From positions 8,427 through 72,426 of the forward strand of contig JAHLLH010000009.1 of NCBI GenBank assembly GCA_020444265.1: a DNA stretch of 64,000 nt, read 5' to 3'. This DNA comes from a bacterium. Lineage in GTDB: Bacteria; Electryoneota; Electryoneia; Electryoneales; Electryoneaceae. Under the pieces are notes generated by a model, which had not been told where the DNA came from, did no database searches, and worked only from the letters and a program-made list of their open reading frames with translations. Positions 1 to 9,356 of this stretch are shown here, in pieces (position 1 is the first letter of the stretch; each line of letters starts with the position of its first letter). A program made the translations under genes and the position numbers.

Positions 1-1153
1 CACCGACGATGTTATGGTGGAATGGGCGCACCCGCTCTGGACACCTACCCAGGTCGAGCATGATCTTGTTCAGGAGACTGGCGAGGTTACCCTTTCCTGG
101 CTGCAGGGTGGCAGTTATGGCGAAGGTGTTGAGGAAATTTATGACGACACCGAAGCTTGGACGGGTTCCTACATTTGGCCCGGAAACACGATGGCGGCTC
201 GTTTTGAAGTCGAAGGTCCGGTCGAGGTGATCGGTCTGAAATACTTTACCACCATCGCCGCCGGCGCCCGTCAGTTCAACGCTGAGATGTATGAGTGGGA
301 TAGCGAAAACCAGGAACCAGCAAGTGTCGAACCCATCTTTACGACCGCTGCGATGGGTGCGGATGATGCCTGGGTCGTGCTCGACATGAGTGCAAGCCCA
401 GTGGTTGTTGAATCTGACATCATTGTCGGCTTCGGCTCGATCGATGGTAGTGTTGCGGTTGGATTCGAACCGGCTGAAGGTTGGCTCAACACTTGGGATC
501 TAACGGGTGAAGGCTGGGTGCCGAACTCCTTCAACGAGCGCTATGGCATTCGCATGATCGTTCGCCCGGTCGAGCCTGTTGAAGCCCCGGCCTACGAGAT
601 TCCGGTCGGTCATCCGGTCGCGTTCCGTGGCACTGTTGCTGAGGAACGGCTTGTTCGCGAAATCCGTCCAAATGAGCTGGATGATCTCACCCAGTACACG
701 GTTCTGCGTGATGGTGAAGAAGTCAGTACCGTAACAGAATCCATGTACGAAGAGACTCTCCCGGCTTTCGGTACGTACGAGTACAGTGTCGTGGCGAACT
801 ACGATGAGGGCGATTCAGAAGCGGCCACCGAAACGGTTGAGTGGACCGATACGGCTGTTGAAGATGGGCAGTGGGATGGTATTCCGACCGAGTACGCGAT
901 TGCCTCCGCCTACCCGAACCCCTTCAATCCGTCGATGAATGTCGTCCTTGCCATCCCGAAGACCGGCCATGTTGAGGCACAGGTCTACGATGTACTGGGC
1001 CGTCGTGTCGCGACGCTGAGCCGTGGCAACCTTACAGCAGGGTATCACCGTTTTGTCTGGCAGCCGCAGAATCTGCCGACGGGTATGTATTTCCTGCGTA
1101 TGCAGAGCACCACAGGCTTCGTCGCCACTCGTAAGGTCATGTTCATGAAGTAA
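1..1153 (+). CDS. Secreted protein, C-terminal fragment (5' end lies outside the window) with a T9SS (Por) C-terminal sorting domain
   Basis: The reading frame is open from the window edge. The C-terminus (YPNPFNPS...LRMQSTTGFVATRKVMFMK) matches the Por secretion-system sorting-domain pattern shared by four other proteins in the window. A strong terminator follows. Confidence 0.7.
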   Translation, partial: TDDVMVEWAHPLWTPTQVEHDLVQETGEVTLSWLQGGSYGEGVEEIYDDTEAWTGSYIWPGNTMAARFEVEGPVEVIGLKYFTTIAAGARQFNAEMYEWDSENQEPASVEPIFTTAAMGADDAWVVLDMSASPVVVESDIIVGFGSIDGSVAVGFEPAEGWLNTWDLTGEGWVPNSFNERYGIRMIVRPVEPVEAPAYEIPVGHPVAFRGTVAEERLVREIRPNELDDLTQYTVLRDGEEVSTVTESMYEETLPAFGTYEYSVVANYDEGDSEAATETVEWTDTAVEDGQWDGIPTEYAIASAYPNPFNPSMNVVLAIPKTGHVEAQVYDVLGRRVATLSRGNLTAGYHRFVWQPQNLPTGMYFLRMQSTTGFVATRKVMFMK

Positions 1154-1178
1154 GACGACTACTTCTTGTGATTTATCA

Positions 1179-1205
1179 GGGGCTGCCTCGGCAGCCCCTT
1201 TTTTT
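1179..1205 (+). terminator. Rho-independent terminator (GGGGCTGCC-TCG-GGCAGCCCC followed by T7)
   Basis: A 9-bp GC stem with a 3-nt loop and a run of seven T lies directly after the stop codon of the upstream CDS. Confidence 0.85.
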
Positions 1206-1342
1206 GGCCCAGGCCTGCGGCTCGGGTCTATCCTGTTTTCCCACCTCTCCGTGCCTTTGGCGCAAATAGCTGTCAGGTCTCCGCCTCGCTAAAGACCTGA
1301 CAAAATGTAGAGTATCCAGAGAGTCTCGCAGGGTCGCGACTT

Positions 1343-1383
1343 CGGCAAGGTGGCACGGGCATCCTGCCCGTGCCACCTTGCCG
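1343..1383. promoter_or_regulatory. 19-bp perfect inverted repeat (CGGCAAGGTGGCACGGGCA-TCC-TGCCCGTGCCACCTTGCCG) ~78 bp upstream of the acetoacetyl-CoA synthetase start; candidate operator or leader hairpin
   Basis: The palindrome is perfect when read directly. It is not followed by a T-tract, so it is unlikely to be a simple terminator. Confidence 0.5.
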
Positions 1384-1460
1384 AGCACCTTGTCACCGCT
1401 TGGCATCGGGTTTTGGGCCGCCTATCTTCGGCGTAACAAGACAACCCGCTGGAGCAACCC

Positions 1461-3413
1461 ATGACTCAGCCGCTCTACCAACCTTCTGAAGATGCTATCA
1501 ACGCCAGTCGAATCAACGATTTTATTCGCCATGTGAACGAGACTAACGGTCTCACCCTGGATGGGTTCGAGGAATTGTATGACTGGTCCGTGCGTGAGCC
1601 CGCCACTTTCTGGGGGGCGATGGCGGAGTATGGTGGAGTGATTTTCCACACGCCACCTGAAGCGGTTTTTGAACCCGGTGAAACCTTCCTTTGTGCGTCC
1701 TGGTTCCGTGGCGCGAAACTAAACTTCGCGCAAAACCTGCTGAAGTACCGTGACGATCAACCAGCGCTGGTCTTCCGCAATGAAGCTGGGGATCGCCGAA
1801 CCTTCAGTTATGCGGAGCTGTACGACGAAGTCAGCCGTGCCTCCCAGGCATTACGTGCCATGGGAGTGGTGAAAGGGGACAGGGTAGCTGGCTTCATGCC
1901 AAACATGCCAGAAACCATCATTGCCATGCTGGCGACATCAAGCATCGGCGCAATCTGGTCCTCCTGTTCCCCTGATTTCGGCGTCAAGGGGGTGCTGGAT
2001 CGTTTCGGTCAGATCGAGCCGAAGGTGCTTTTCGCGGCGGATGGCTACCACTACAATGGAAAGCAGATCAACAGTCTGCATCGTGTCCATGATTTTCTGG
2101 AATCGCTTCCGTCCGTTGAAAAAGTGGTGGTTGTTCCCCACCTGAACGAGACTCCGAACCTCGAAGATTTGGATGGCGCGGTCGTTTATTACGATTTCGT
2201 AGCACCCTTTCTGGCAAGCGAAATACGATTCGAGTCTCTGCCTTTTGATCACCCCTTGTACATAATGTATTCCTCCGGGACCACAGGTCTGCCGAAGAGC
2301 ATTGTACACGGTCAGGGTGGGACATTGTTGCAGCATCTGAAGGAGCTCATGCTGCATACCGACCTTCGTCGCGAAGAAACCATCTTCTACTTCACTACCT
2401 GCGGATGGATGATGTGGAACTGGCTGGTCAGCAGTCTGGCGGTGGGCGCGACGGTCGTCCTGTTCGATGGTTCGCCCTTCCACCCGGATGGACACACCCT
2501 GTGGACGATGGCCGAGGAAGAAGGGGTCCATGTTTTCGGGACAAGCGCGAAGTATCTCTCCGCCGTGGAAAAGGCTGGGATTGTGCCGGGCAAGGAACAC
2601 AACCTTGAAGCCCTGCGTGCCGTGCTGTCCACGGGAAGTCCTCTCGCACCGGAACAGTTCGACTGGGTTTATGAGGCAATAAAACCCGACCTGCAACTCG
2701 CCTCGATTTCAGGAGGCACGGATATCGTTTCATGCTTCGCGCTGGGCAATCCGACCGGCCCTGTCTGGCGCGGTGAATTACAGACTCGTGGGCTCGGTAT
2801 GGCGGTGAATGTCTTCAACGAGGATGGCCGGCCGGTTGTGGGTGAGAAAGGGGAGCTTGTTTGCGAGAAGCCCTTCCCAAGTCGTCCCATCTACTTCTGG
2901 AACGATGAGACGGGTGAGCGCTACCGACGCGCCTATTTCTCACGGTTCGAGAACATCTGGACGCATGGCGACTTTGCCGAGCTGACCGAGCGTGGAGGGA
3001 TGGTGATCCATGGACGGTCCGATGCGGTATTGAACCCCGGTGGAGTGAGGATTGGCACTGCGGAGATTTACCGTGTGGTGGAAAGCTTCGACGAGGTCGT
3101 GGAATCGATTTGTATCGGGCAGGAGTGGCAGGAAGATGTTCGTGTCGTCCTCTTTGTCCGACTGCGCGAGGGGCTGACCCTGGATGACGATCTGCGTGAC
3201 CGCCTGCGGAAAGAAATTCGCAGGGAAGAGACCCCCCGTCACGTCCCCGCGAAAATCCTCCAGGTGACAGACATCCCGCGTACCATTTCCGGCAAGATCA
3301 CCGAACTGGCGGTTCGCAGCATCATCCACGGCAAAGAGGTGAAAAACCGTGATGCGCTGAAAAACCCGGAGACCTTGGACCTGTTCAAGGATCTTGATGC
3401 TTTGAAGACATGA
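1461..3413 (+). CDS. Acetoacetyl-CoA synthetase (acetoacetate-CoA ligase), AMP-forming acyl-CoA synthetase family
   Basis: The 650-aa product has the AMP-binding motif YSSGTTGLPKSIVHGQGG. Its N-terminus (YQPSEDAINASRINDFIRHVNE) and length are typical of acetoacetyl-CoA synthetases rather than acetyl-CoA synthetase. Confidence 0.8.
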   Translation: MTQPLYQPSEDAINASRINDFIRHVNETNGLTLDGFEELYDWSVREPATFWGAMAEYGGVIFHTPPEAVFEPGETFLCASWFRGAKLNFAQNLLKYRDDQPALVFRNEAGDRRTFSYAELYDEVSRASQALRAMGVVKGDRVAGFMPNMPETIIAMLATSSIGAIWSSCSPDFGVKGVLDRFGQIEPKVLFAADGYHYNGKQINSLHRVHDFLESLPSVEKVVVVPHLNETPNLEDLDGAVVYYDFVAPFLASEIRFESLPFDHPLYIMYSSGTTGLPKSIVHGQGGTLLQHLKELMLHTDLRREETIFYFTTCGWMMWNWLVSSLAVGATVVLFDGSPFHPDGHTLWTMAEEEGVHVFGTSAKYLSAVEKAGIVPGKEHNLEALRAVLSTGSPLAPEQFDWVYEAIKPDLQLASISGGTDIVSCFALGNPTGPVWRGELQTRGLGMAVNVFNEDGRPVVGEKGELVCEKPFPSRPIYFWNDETGERYRRAYFSRFENIWTHGDFAELTERGGMVIHGRSDAVLNPGGVRIGTAEIYRVVESFDEVVESICIGQEWQEDVRVVLFVRLREGLTLDDDLRDRLRKEIRREETPRHVPAKILQVTDIPRTISGKITELAVRSIIHGKEVKNRDALKNPETLDLFKDLDALKT

Positions 3414-3513
3414 TCGTGCCCCATCTTGGCTTGCAAGCCGGGTTTTCTAAAGAGTCTGACATCCGCAGGACAACCTTAACGCGCCCTTGGCGCGAAGCAT
3501 GTGCAAGAAGTCC

Positions 3514-4611
3514 ATGCTATCAGAAACGGAGCGAACTGTGTCTCATCTTTTTACACCTCTTTCGTTGCGAAGTGTCACGCTTCCCAACCGGATTACCGTC
3601 TCCCCGATGTGCATGTATTCGGCTGTGGATGGGATTCCTCAAGACTGGCACCTGGTCCATCTCGGCGCTCGTGCATCTGGGGGAGCTGGCCTGATCATCG
3701 CCGAGGCGACTGCCGTGGTGCCGGAAGGACGAATCAGCCCCGGAGATACGGGCCTCTGGAATGACGAGCAGGTGGCCGCGTGGGCACGGATCAACACCTT
3801 CATCGAGAGCCAGGGATCGGTACCGGGAGTGCAGTTGGGGCATGCTGGACGGAAGGCTTCGACCAAACGGCCTCCCTTCGATGGGGTCGGACCCATCGCA
3901 CCGGACGAACCAGAAGGATGGCAAACGGTGGCACCATCTGCGATCCCCTTCAAGCCGGATTACCCGATCCCGCACGAGATGACGACGGCCGAGATGCATA
4001 CTTTGACTGATGCGTGGGTAGCATCGGCGAAAAGAGCTCATGCTGCCGGGTTTAAAGTGATTGAACTGCACATGGCGCACGGCTACCTGCTGCACCAGTT
4101 TTATTCACCCATCACCAACCAGCGCACGGATGAGTATGGCGGGTCACGTGACAGCCGGATGCGTTACCCGCTGGAGGTGACCCGCGCGGTTCGAGCAGCA
4201 TGGCCCGAGGAATTGCCTTTGCTGGTTCGCATTTCAGCTAGGGATTGGGTGGATGGTGGCTGGACGATCGAGGATTCTATCGAACTGGCAAAGGAGCTGA
4301 AAGCGGCGGGTGTCGACCTGATCGACTGTTCGAGTGGTGGCGGATCACCAGAAGAACGAGGCAAAGTCGACATCGGGGATCACCCGATGTTTGCGGAGAG
4401 AGTCCGTCGGGATGCGGGTATCACGACAGGAACGGTCGGCGGTATCACTGAACCCGCGCAGGCTGAGGCCCACCTCGCAGAGGGACGTGCCGACCTGGTC
4501 CTGCTGGCGCGTCAACTGCTGCGAGAACCGACCTGGCCCCAACGTGCCGCGCAGGAACTGGGCGATGAACTCGTCTGGCCGAAGCAGTACGGGCGGGCCA
4601 AGCTAGGCTAA
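3514..4611 (+). CDS. NADH:flavin oxidoreductase, Old Yellow Enzyme family (NamA/YqjM-like)
   Basis: Motifs LFTPLSLRSVTLPNRITVSPMCMY and HMAHGYLLHQFYSPITNQRTDEYGGS match the OYE TIM-barrel family. The ORF track starts at a TTG at 3487; ATG codons at 3499 and 3514 are more plausible starts. Confidence 0.8.
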   Translation: MLSETERTVSHLFTPLSLRSVTLPNRITVSPMCMYSAVDGIPQDWHLVHLGARASGGAGLIIAEATAVVPEGRISPGDTGLWNDEQVAAWARINTFIESQGSVPGVQLGHAGRKASTKRPPFDGVGPIAPDEPEGWQTVAPSAIPFKPDYPIPHEMTTAEMHTLTDAWVASAKRAHAAGFKVIELHMAHGYLLHQFYSPITNQRTDEYGGSRDSRMRYPLEVTRAVRAAWPEELPLLVRISARDWVDGGWTIEDSIELAKELKAAGVDLIDCSSGGGSPEERGKVDIGDHPMFAERVRRDAGITTGTVGGITEPAQAEAHLAEGRADLVLLARQLLREPTWPQRAAQELGDELVWPKQYGRAKLG

Positions 4612-4629
4612 CCTCATTGGGCGGCCCTG

Positions 4630-4899
4630 CTATTTCGAGAGATTCAGGTAACCGTCCCGTAAATCGGACAAGCGTGTCCTCAATTTGTCGAGGTAGGAGG
4701 GGATGGCGTCCGTTTGGGTAACGCGGAGCCCGTCCAGCAGGAGCTGGCTGTTCTCGTAGGCAAGCCGTTCCGGCAGGCTGGTTTTCAAATCGACAACAAA
4801 ACGATGCAGGTGGGCGAGGTCTCTGGAAGTCGCGATCTCGTCCACTACCTGTAAGGCGGAAGCAAGCTGCTTGGCAGTTTTACGGTAATGTGCTTTCAT
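4630..4899 (-). CDS. Hypothetical small protein (~89 aa) downstream of the HD-domain gene
   Basis: This is the ORF 4630..4977 trimmed to the internal ATG (MKAHYRKTAK...), which avoids overlap with the upstream CDS. No recognisable motifs were seen. Confidence 0.3.
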   Translation of the reverse strand: MKAHYRKTAKQLASALQVVDEIATSRDLAHLHRFVVDLKTSLPERLAYENSQLLLDGLRVTQTDAIPSYLDKLRTRLSDLRDGYLNLSK

Positions 4900-4906
4900 A
4901 TCCGTC

Positions 4907-6091
4907 TCACTTACTTCTCTTGCGTACCGCGCGGATGCCGTGACGATCAATGCCGTGGATCGAGAAATCTGGATCATTCAGGAACGAGGCGAAGGTGGCG
5001 ATGAAGGTGACCACGGCGGTTACCAGGTAGTCCTTGTCGCTGAAGAGCTTCGCCATCTGGTTGCGACGTTCCGCCTTGTCCGCAATCGCATAGTTGCTGA
5101 GGAACAATCCATCCAAACCATGCTCATCCTCCGACGCATGCACCTCAATCGCCCCGCCACCATAACAATAGTGCATGGTATCCAGCAGCATCTCACGCAG
5201 GCGTGGCAGCTTTTTCTCCGGGAAAGCGGCAAAGAGTTCGAGGGCAATCCATTGCGCTTCACGGATGCTCGCAATAGCGACCGCGTCAAAGAGGTTGCGT
5301 GTCGTCTGATCCAGCGTGTCAAGCTTCTCACTACGCAGCAGGGAAAGGAAGACGGCGTTTTTGAAGAGCTGCATCAATAGCAAGCCGCCCTCTTCGGGTG
5401 TGGGGAGGAAATGATACTGGCGAATCTGGACACCTTTGTAGACCGGTACAAAAAGCAGATCGAATACACTACGGTAGAAGTTGTAACGAATGACACCGGG
5501 ACGGTCAATGTGGTTGTCGAGGGTGTTATCGAAACGATCCGCCAGTTTCACATGCAGCAGGTCCGGCATGCCGCGGGCATGGTCGAGCAGGTTGGCGAGG
5601 TAGACATCGTAGGGAGTGCCCGGTTGGCGGGTCAGCAGATCAATTCGTTCTCCCAGGTACCAACGTTGCTCATGACCAATTCGGTCCTGCAAGTCGTCGA
5701 ACACCTGCTCGAATTTTTTACGGTTGGCGGCGGGCATCATCTGAGGTTGCAGGTCTTCACCCTTATCGTGGAGCAGGGCGCCAAGCAGATCAAGACAGGA
5801 GGGTGTGTCCATAATCCTGCTGAGCAGGGCAGCGGTACGCAGTGGGTGGAGCACCGCCAACGGCCCGATCTTGCGCCTTGACTGGGCATACCCAAGTTGC
5901 AAAAGTTTCAACGCCAGGAGAAGATGCTCTTTGTCATCCACTTGCTGAGGCCCAAGCACGAGGGCCAGCATCGCCTCGTTATTGGGTCGTTTCGCGCTGA
6001 GCAGGTAGTTGATCTCCGCCGAGAGATTCATGAAATGTTCGACGGTTATCAGCTCACGCTGTCCTTCAAATGTGTCCGATTGGAAAGGCAT
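4907..6091 (-). CDS. HD-domain protein with a RelA/SpoT-like (p)ppGpp-hydrolase-type HD motif set
   Basis: The sequence LHPLRTAALL...LGALLHD...VKLADRFDNTLDNH parallels the SpoT hydrolase motifs HP...LLHD...KLADRLHNM. At 394 aa it has extra N- and C-terminal regions, and no synthetase domain is present. Confidence 0.5.
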   Translation of the reverse strand: MPFQSDTFEGQRELITVEHFMNLSAEINYLLSAKRPNNEAMLALVLGPQQVDDKEHLLLALKLLQLGYAQSRRKIGPLAVLHPLRTAALLSRIMDTPSCLDLLGALLHDKGEDLQPQMMPAANRKKFEQVFDDLQDRIGHEQRWYLGERIDLLTRQPGTPYDVYLANLLDHARGMPDLLHVKLADRFDNTLDNHIDRPGVIRYNFYRSVFDLLFVPVYKGVQIRQYHFLPTPEEGGLLLMQLFKNAVFLSLLRSEKLDTLDQTTRNLFDAVAIASIREAQWIALELFAAFPEKKLPRLREMLLDTMHYCYGGGAIEVHASEDEHGLDGLFLSNYAIADKAERRNQMAKLFSDKDYLVTAVVTFIATFASFLNDPDFSIHGIDRHGIRAVRKRSK

Positions 6092-6177
6092 TCGAGGGTC
6101 CCTGAAAACAAAACCTTGCTGCCCAAAAATACGGACAGCAAGGTCGTAGATGGTAAGATCGGATCATGTGACTCACA

Positions 6178-7311
6178 TTACCCTTGAGTCATCGCTCGGC
6201 CGCGAGTCGGACCTTCCAGCAGGGAGGCGTGGATCAGTTTGTAGCTCTGATAGCGATCCACGTTTATCCGTCCCTCCTCAACCGCAACCTTGACTGCACA
6301 GCCATCCGAATCATCGAGGTGCAGGCAGTCATTGTAGTGGCAGTTCTCCGCTTCCGCCTGAAATTCCGGGAAGTAGAAACGCAAATCCGCGGCATCATGG
6401 ATGACCGGGTAAAACTCACGCACACCCGGAGTGTCCGCCACGGTTCCGCCATTGGGGACACGGTAAAGCTGGGTGGCCGTTGTCGTGTGTACGCCACGGT
6501 CATTGGTTGCGGAGACAGCGGCGGTGTCCAAATCGAGATCCTCGATCAACCGGTTCAGCAGGGTCGATTTCCCTACACCTGAGGGACCAGCCAGAAGCGT
6601 GGTCCGTCCCACCAGTTCATCGAGCAACATGTGCAATCCCTGCCCGGTTTCCGCGCTTACACGCAGCACCGTATACCCGGCATCTTCCCAGGGTTTGGAG
6701 AAGGTGTCCAACTCATCGCTGTCAAACAGGTCGATCTTGTTGATCACAATCCACGGTTCCACATTGCCAACTTCTGCGCCGACCAGCATACGGTCAATCA
6801 GACGCGGGCTGACAATCGGTTCACGTGGTGTTGCGATCAGCAGGACACGATCCATGTTCGCGGCAATCTCTTTGATCCGTCCGAAGACATAGCGGTGGAA
6901 CAAGCTGGATCGTTCCTCAATCCCCTCGATCCACCCGTCGGACGTTTCGGTCGAAGGTTTGTAGCGAACCTGATCGCCCGGAACCGGTACTTTCGCAAGG
7001 CTGCCTTTCCCGGGCACCCGGCACCAGTGCAGGTTGTGATCCTCTGCTTGTACAAGGATACCGGTTCGAGCTCGTGTCAGGATTCTCCCGACTGGCAAAG
7101 CCGCATACTCGGCATTGCGTTGCTCGATCTGCTCAGGTGTCTGCTGCTGTTTACGCGCCTCATCGCGTGACCGTCGCTCCACATCACGCTTCGCACCTTT
7201 TTTGTACCGTGCGATGCTGATTGCTTTTTGACGTTCACGTTTATCCATGCCCTTCTGGTATGCGGCATGTCGTTCTTCAGGACTTTTTGGTCGATTTGAG
7301 TCTTTCATGGT
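6178..7311 (-). CDS. rsgA: Ribosome small-subunit-dependent GTPase A (RsgA/YjeQ) with a lysine/arginine-rich N-terminal extension
   Basis: The circularly permuted GTPase motifs are present (NKIDL...LAGPSGVGKSTLLN...DTPG) and a C-terminal zinc-finger Cys/His cluster (CHYNDCLHLDDSDGC). The likely start is MKDSNRPKS at 7311 rather than the upstream alternative at 7440. Confidence 0.88.
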   Translation of the reverse strand, partial: TMKDSNRPKSPEERHAAYQKGMDKRERQKAISIARYKKGAKRDVERRSRDEARKQQQTPEQIEQRNAEYAALPVGRILTRARTGILVQAEDHNLHWCRVPGKGSLAKVPVPGDQVRYKPSTETSDGWIEGIEERSSLFHRYVFGRIKEIAANMDRVLLIATPREPIVSPRLIDRMLVGAEVGNVEPWIVINKIDLFDSDELDTFSKPWEDAGYTVLRVSAETGQGLHMLLDELVGRTTLLAGPSGVGKSTLLNRLIEDLDLDTAAVSATNDRGVHTTTATQLYRVPNGGTVADTPGVREFYPVIHDAADLRFYFPEFQAEAENCHYNDCLHLDDSDGCAVKVAVEEGRINVDRYQSYKLIHASLLEGPTRGRAMTQG

Positions 7312-7315
7312 CTTT

Positions 7316-7969
7316 CTACACGAATGGGAACCAGATAAATACTGCAGCATCCCACAGCGCGTGCGATACAACTCCGGGGCCGACATGACCCACCTTGATG
7401 TACATGATGCCCCAGAAGATCCCGGCGATGGTTGCTGCACCGATTAAGGTGAAGTTGAGCGATGCGAAGTGCACGGCTGCATAGAGGATCGTGGTAAACG
7501 CGAATCCTTTCCATGCGCCGAACTTCTTCATCATCAGTCGCTGCACCCATGCACGCCAGAAAAGTTCTTCCCCGGGGCCAATCGGGAATAAAAGGAGCGA
7601 CCCGATCAAGCCTGGTGCGGCCTGTGCCTTGGTGGCGTAGACATTGGCCACTTCTTTCCCGCCATTCAAGAAGGGAATCATCCGTACGACCTGATTCCCG
7701 ATGGCGAAAATGAAGTAGAGCACCACCGCACCGGCAATCCCGATCAGGATGTACCGCATCCACTGCTTCCCGGAGGCCTTGAAGGTGTCCGGGTAAACCA
7801 GGACAGCCGAACCGCCGAGAACGAAGGTCGCGGGTGCGATCACCATCCAGAACGGTGTGCCCGGGACGGCGAAGAGGAAGAACCAGATGACAAAGGCTGC
7901 AGCGACAGCGGCTATCACAAGGGGCCAGCCACCTCGCGGCATACGTGTATCGTTCAAGAGTGTGGTCAT
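7316..7969 (-). CDS. CPBP-family intramembrane metalloprotease (CAAX protease/Abi-like)
   Basis: Multiple transmembrane segments carry the CPBP motifs EELFWRAWVQ, FTTILYAAVHF and HALWD. The start was chosen at MTTLLND. Confidence 0.75.
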   Translation of the reverse strand: MTTLLNDTRMPRGGWPLVIAAVAAAFVIWFFLFAVPGTPFWMVIAPATFVLGGSAVLVYPDTFKASGKQWMRYILIGIAGAVVLYFIFAIGNQVVRMIPFLNGGKEVANVYATKAQAAPGLIGSLLLFPIGPGEELFWRAWVQRLMMKKFGAWKGFAFTTILYAAVHFASLNFTLIGAATIAGIFWGIMYIKVGHVGPGVVSHALWDAAVFIWFPFV

Positions 7970-8067
7970 AAGACGAAATTGGTCTCCCAATAAAGGGTAA
8001 TAAAAGGCCCGGCTTGAAACGTCCAAGCCGGGCGACAGTCAAATCATCCATTTCAGATCGTGTCAAA

Positions 8068-8218
8068 GTGTCGTTGCGAGGACCGTAGGGACGAAGCAAG
8101 CTCGAATCACTGAATGTTTAATGGCTGCACGCATGGGCGCAGGAGCATTAGAGGAGTGATACGAGGTTGCTTCGTTGCCCGGCTGCGCTTCGCTTTGCCG
8201 GACGCCTCGCAATGACAC
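8068..8218. repeat. Large imperfect inverted repeat (GTGTCGTTGCGAGG...GACGAAGCAAGCTCG // CGAGGTTGCTTCGTT...CCTCGCAATGACAC); member of a 'GTCATTGCGAGG / GACGAAGCAA' hairpin-repeat type
   Basis: The two arm pairs match 13/14 and 13/15 in inverted orientation and flank a ~57-nt core. The element lies in the menA / CPBP intergenic region. The smaller ORFs on the supplied six-frame track that overlap this span read like translated repeat sequence. Confidence 0.55.
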
Positions 8219-8224
8219 AGAGCA

Positions 8225-9178
8225 CTAAATCTTGAAGAAATGTCCGAGCACGATGCCGATGGTGAAGAGGATACCGAACTGGAAATGCAGTTGGGCAGTC
8301 ATCACGTCGACCATGGCAAAGTGGCTACGCTCGAGCTTAAGCGAATCTTGAATCAGCTTGTTGACTTTCAATGCCGCCGGGATCGAGATCACCGCCAGCA
8401 GGGCCCAGACCGGGACCTTCTGGAAGGCGACCAGCGCACCCAGAATGGCATAGGCACCGAAAAGCATACCGGCGTAAAGGATGCGTGCTTTTTTACGCCC
8501 AAGGATGCTCGCCTGGGTCTGGTAGCCTGATCCAGTGTCGTCCTCGATGTCGCGCAAGTTGTTCGCGAAGAGAATCGCGGCAACCAGTACACCGATCGGC
8601 AGGCTGATGAGCAACGGCAGCAGTTCCAGTGCACCGATCTGCACAAAGTGGGCGCCCCAAACCATCAGCGGACCCATCAGGGCGAAGACGAGGAACTCAC
8701 CAATCGCACGGTATTTATACCCGATGGGGCCGGCGGTATAGAAATAGCCGCCCGCGATCCCGGCGAGGCCAAACATCACAATCGGCCAGCCGTGGTTGAT
8801 CACCAGGAAGATGCCGATCAGGGTCGCAATGGCAAAGGCGAAGAGCCCGCCATTGAGGACATCACGCGGTTCCATCACCTTTTCCACGAGAATCCGGCTT
8901 CCGCCGAAGGTGTCCTCGCGATCCACGCCTTTTTTGTAGTCGTAGTAGTCGCTGATCAGGTTGGTTCCAGCGTGCAGAATCATCCCGCCGAACAGGGCGG
9001 CAACAAGCATCAGCACGTCGACCGAACCAGTCTGGTAAAATGCGAGCGCGGTTCCAAGCAGGACAGGGGTCGCGGATGCGGTAAAGGAGAAGGGCCGTGC
9101 CGCTGTCATCCATGTCTTGAAGGGATATCGTGCCACCAGTACCTCCACGTATGCGGCGGGTTTCTTCCCGTACCGCAA
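8225..9178 (-). CDS. menA: 1,4-dihydroxy-2-naphthoate octaprenyltransferase (UbiA prenyltransferase family, MenA-like)
   Basis: The ~317-aa polytopic membrane protein carries the UbiA-family Asp-rich motifs (NLISDYYDYKKGVD...; ANNLRDIEDD). Confidence 0.75.
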   Translation of the reverse strand: MRYGKKPAAYVEVLVARYPFKTWMTAARPFSFTASATPVLLGTALAFYQTGSVDVLMLVAALFGGMILHAGTNLISDYYDYKKGVDREDTFGGSRILVEKVMEPRDVLNGGLFAFAIATLIGIFLVINHGWPIVMFGLAGIAGGYFYTAGPIGYKYRAIGEFLVFALMGPLMVWGAHFVQIGALELLPLLISLPIGVLVAAILFANNLRDIEDDTGSGYQTQASILGRKKARILYAGMLFGAYAILGALVAFQKVPVWALLAVISIPAALKVNKLIQDSLKLERSHFAMVDVMTAQLHFQFGILFTIGIVLGHFFKI

Positions 9179-9356
9179 CCTCTCTTAGCTGCCACTCACC
9201 CCCAGGGATTTTTCCCCCCGCGCCCGGGAGCGACAAACGCTGAGAATATAGACCCTTGAACTCGTTCAGAAAAGCGGGGATTGGGGTTGCGAGAGGTTTG
9301 GTTCAAATGGGAGAGGAAAAGTCGGTCCAGGAATGGCAGTCGTCGTCCAGAAGGAG

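Noticed and set aside
1938-2696. 252-aa minus-strand ORF
   Set aside because: It is antisense inside the acetoacetyl-CoA synthetase gene.
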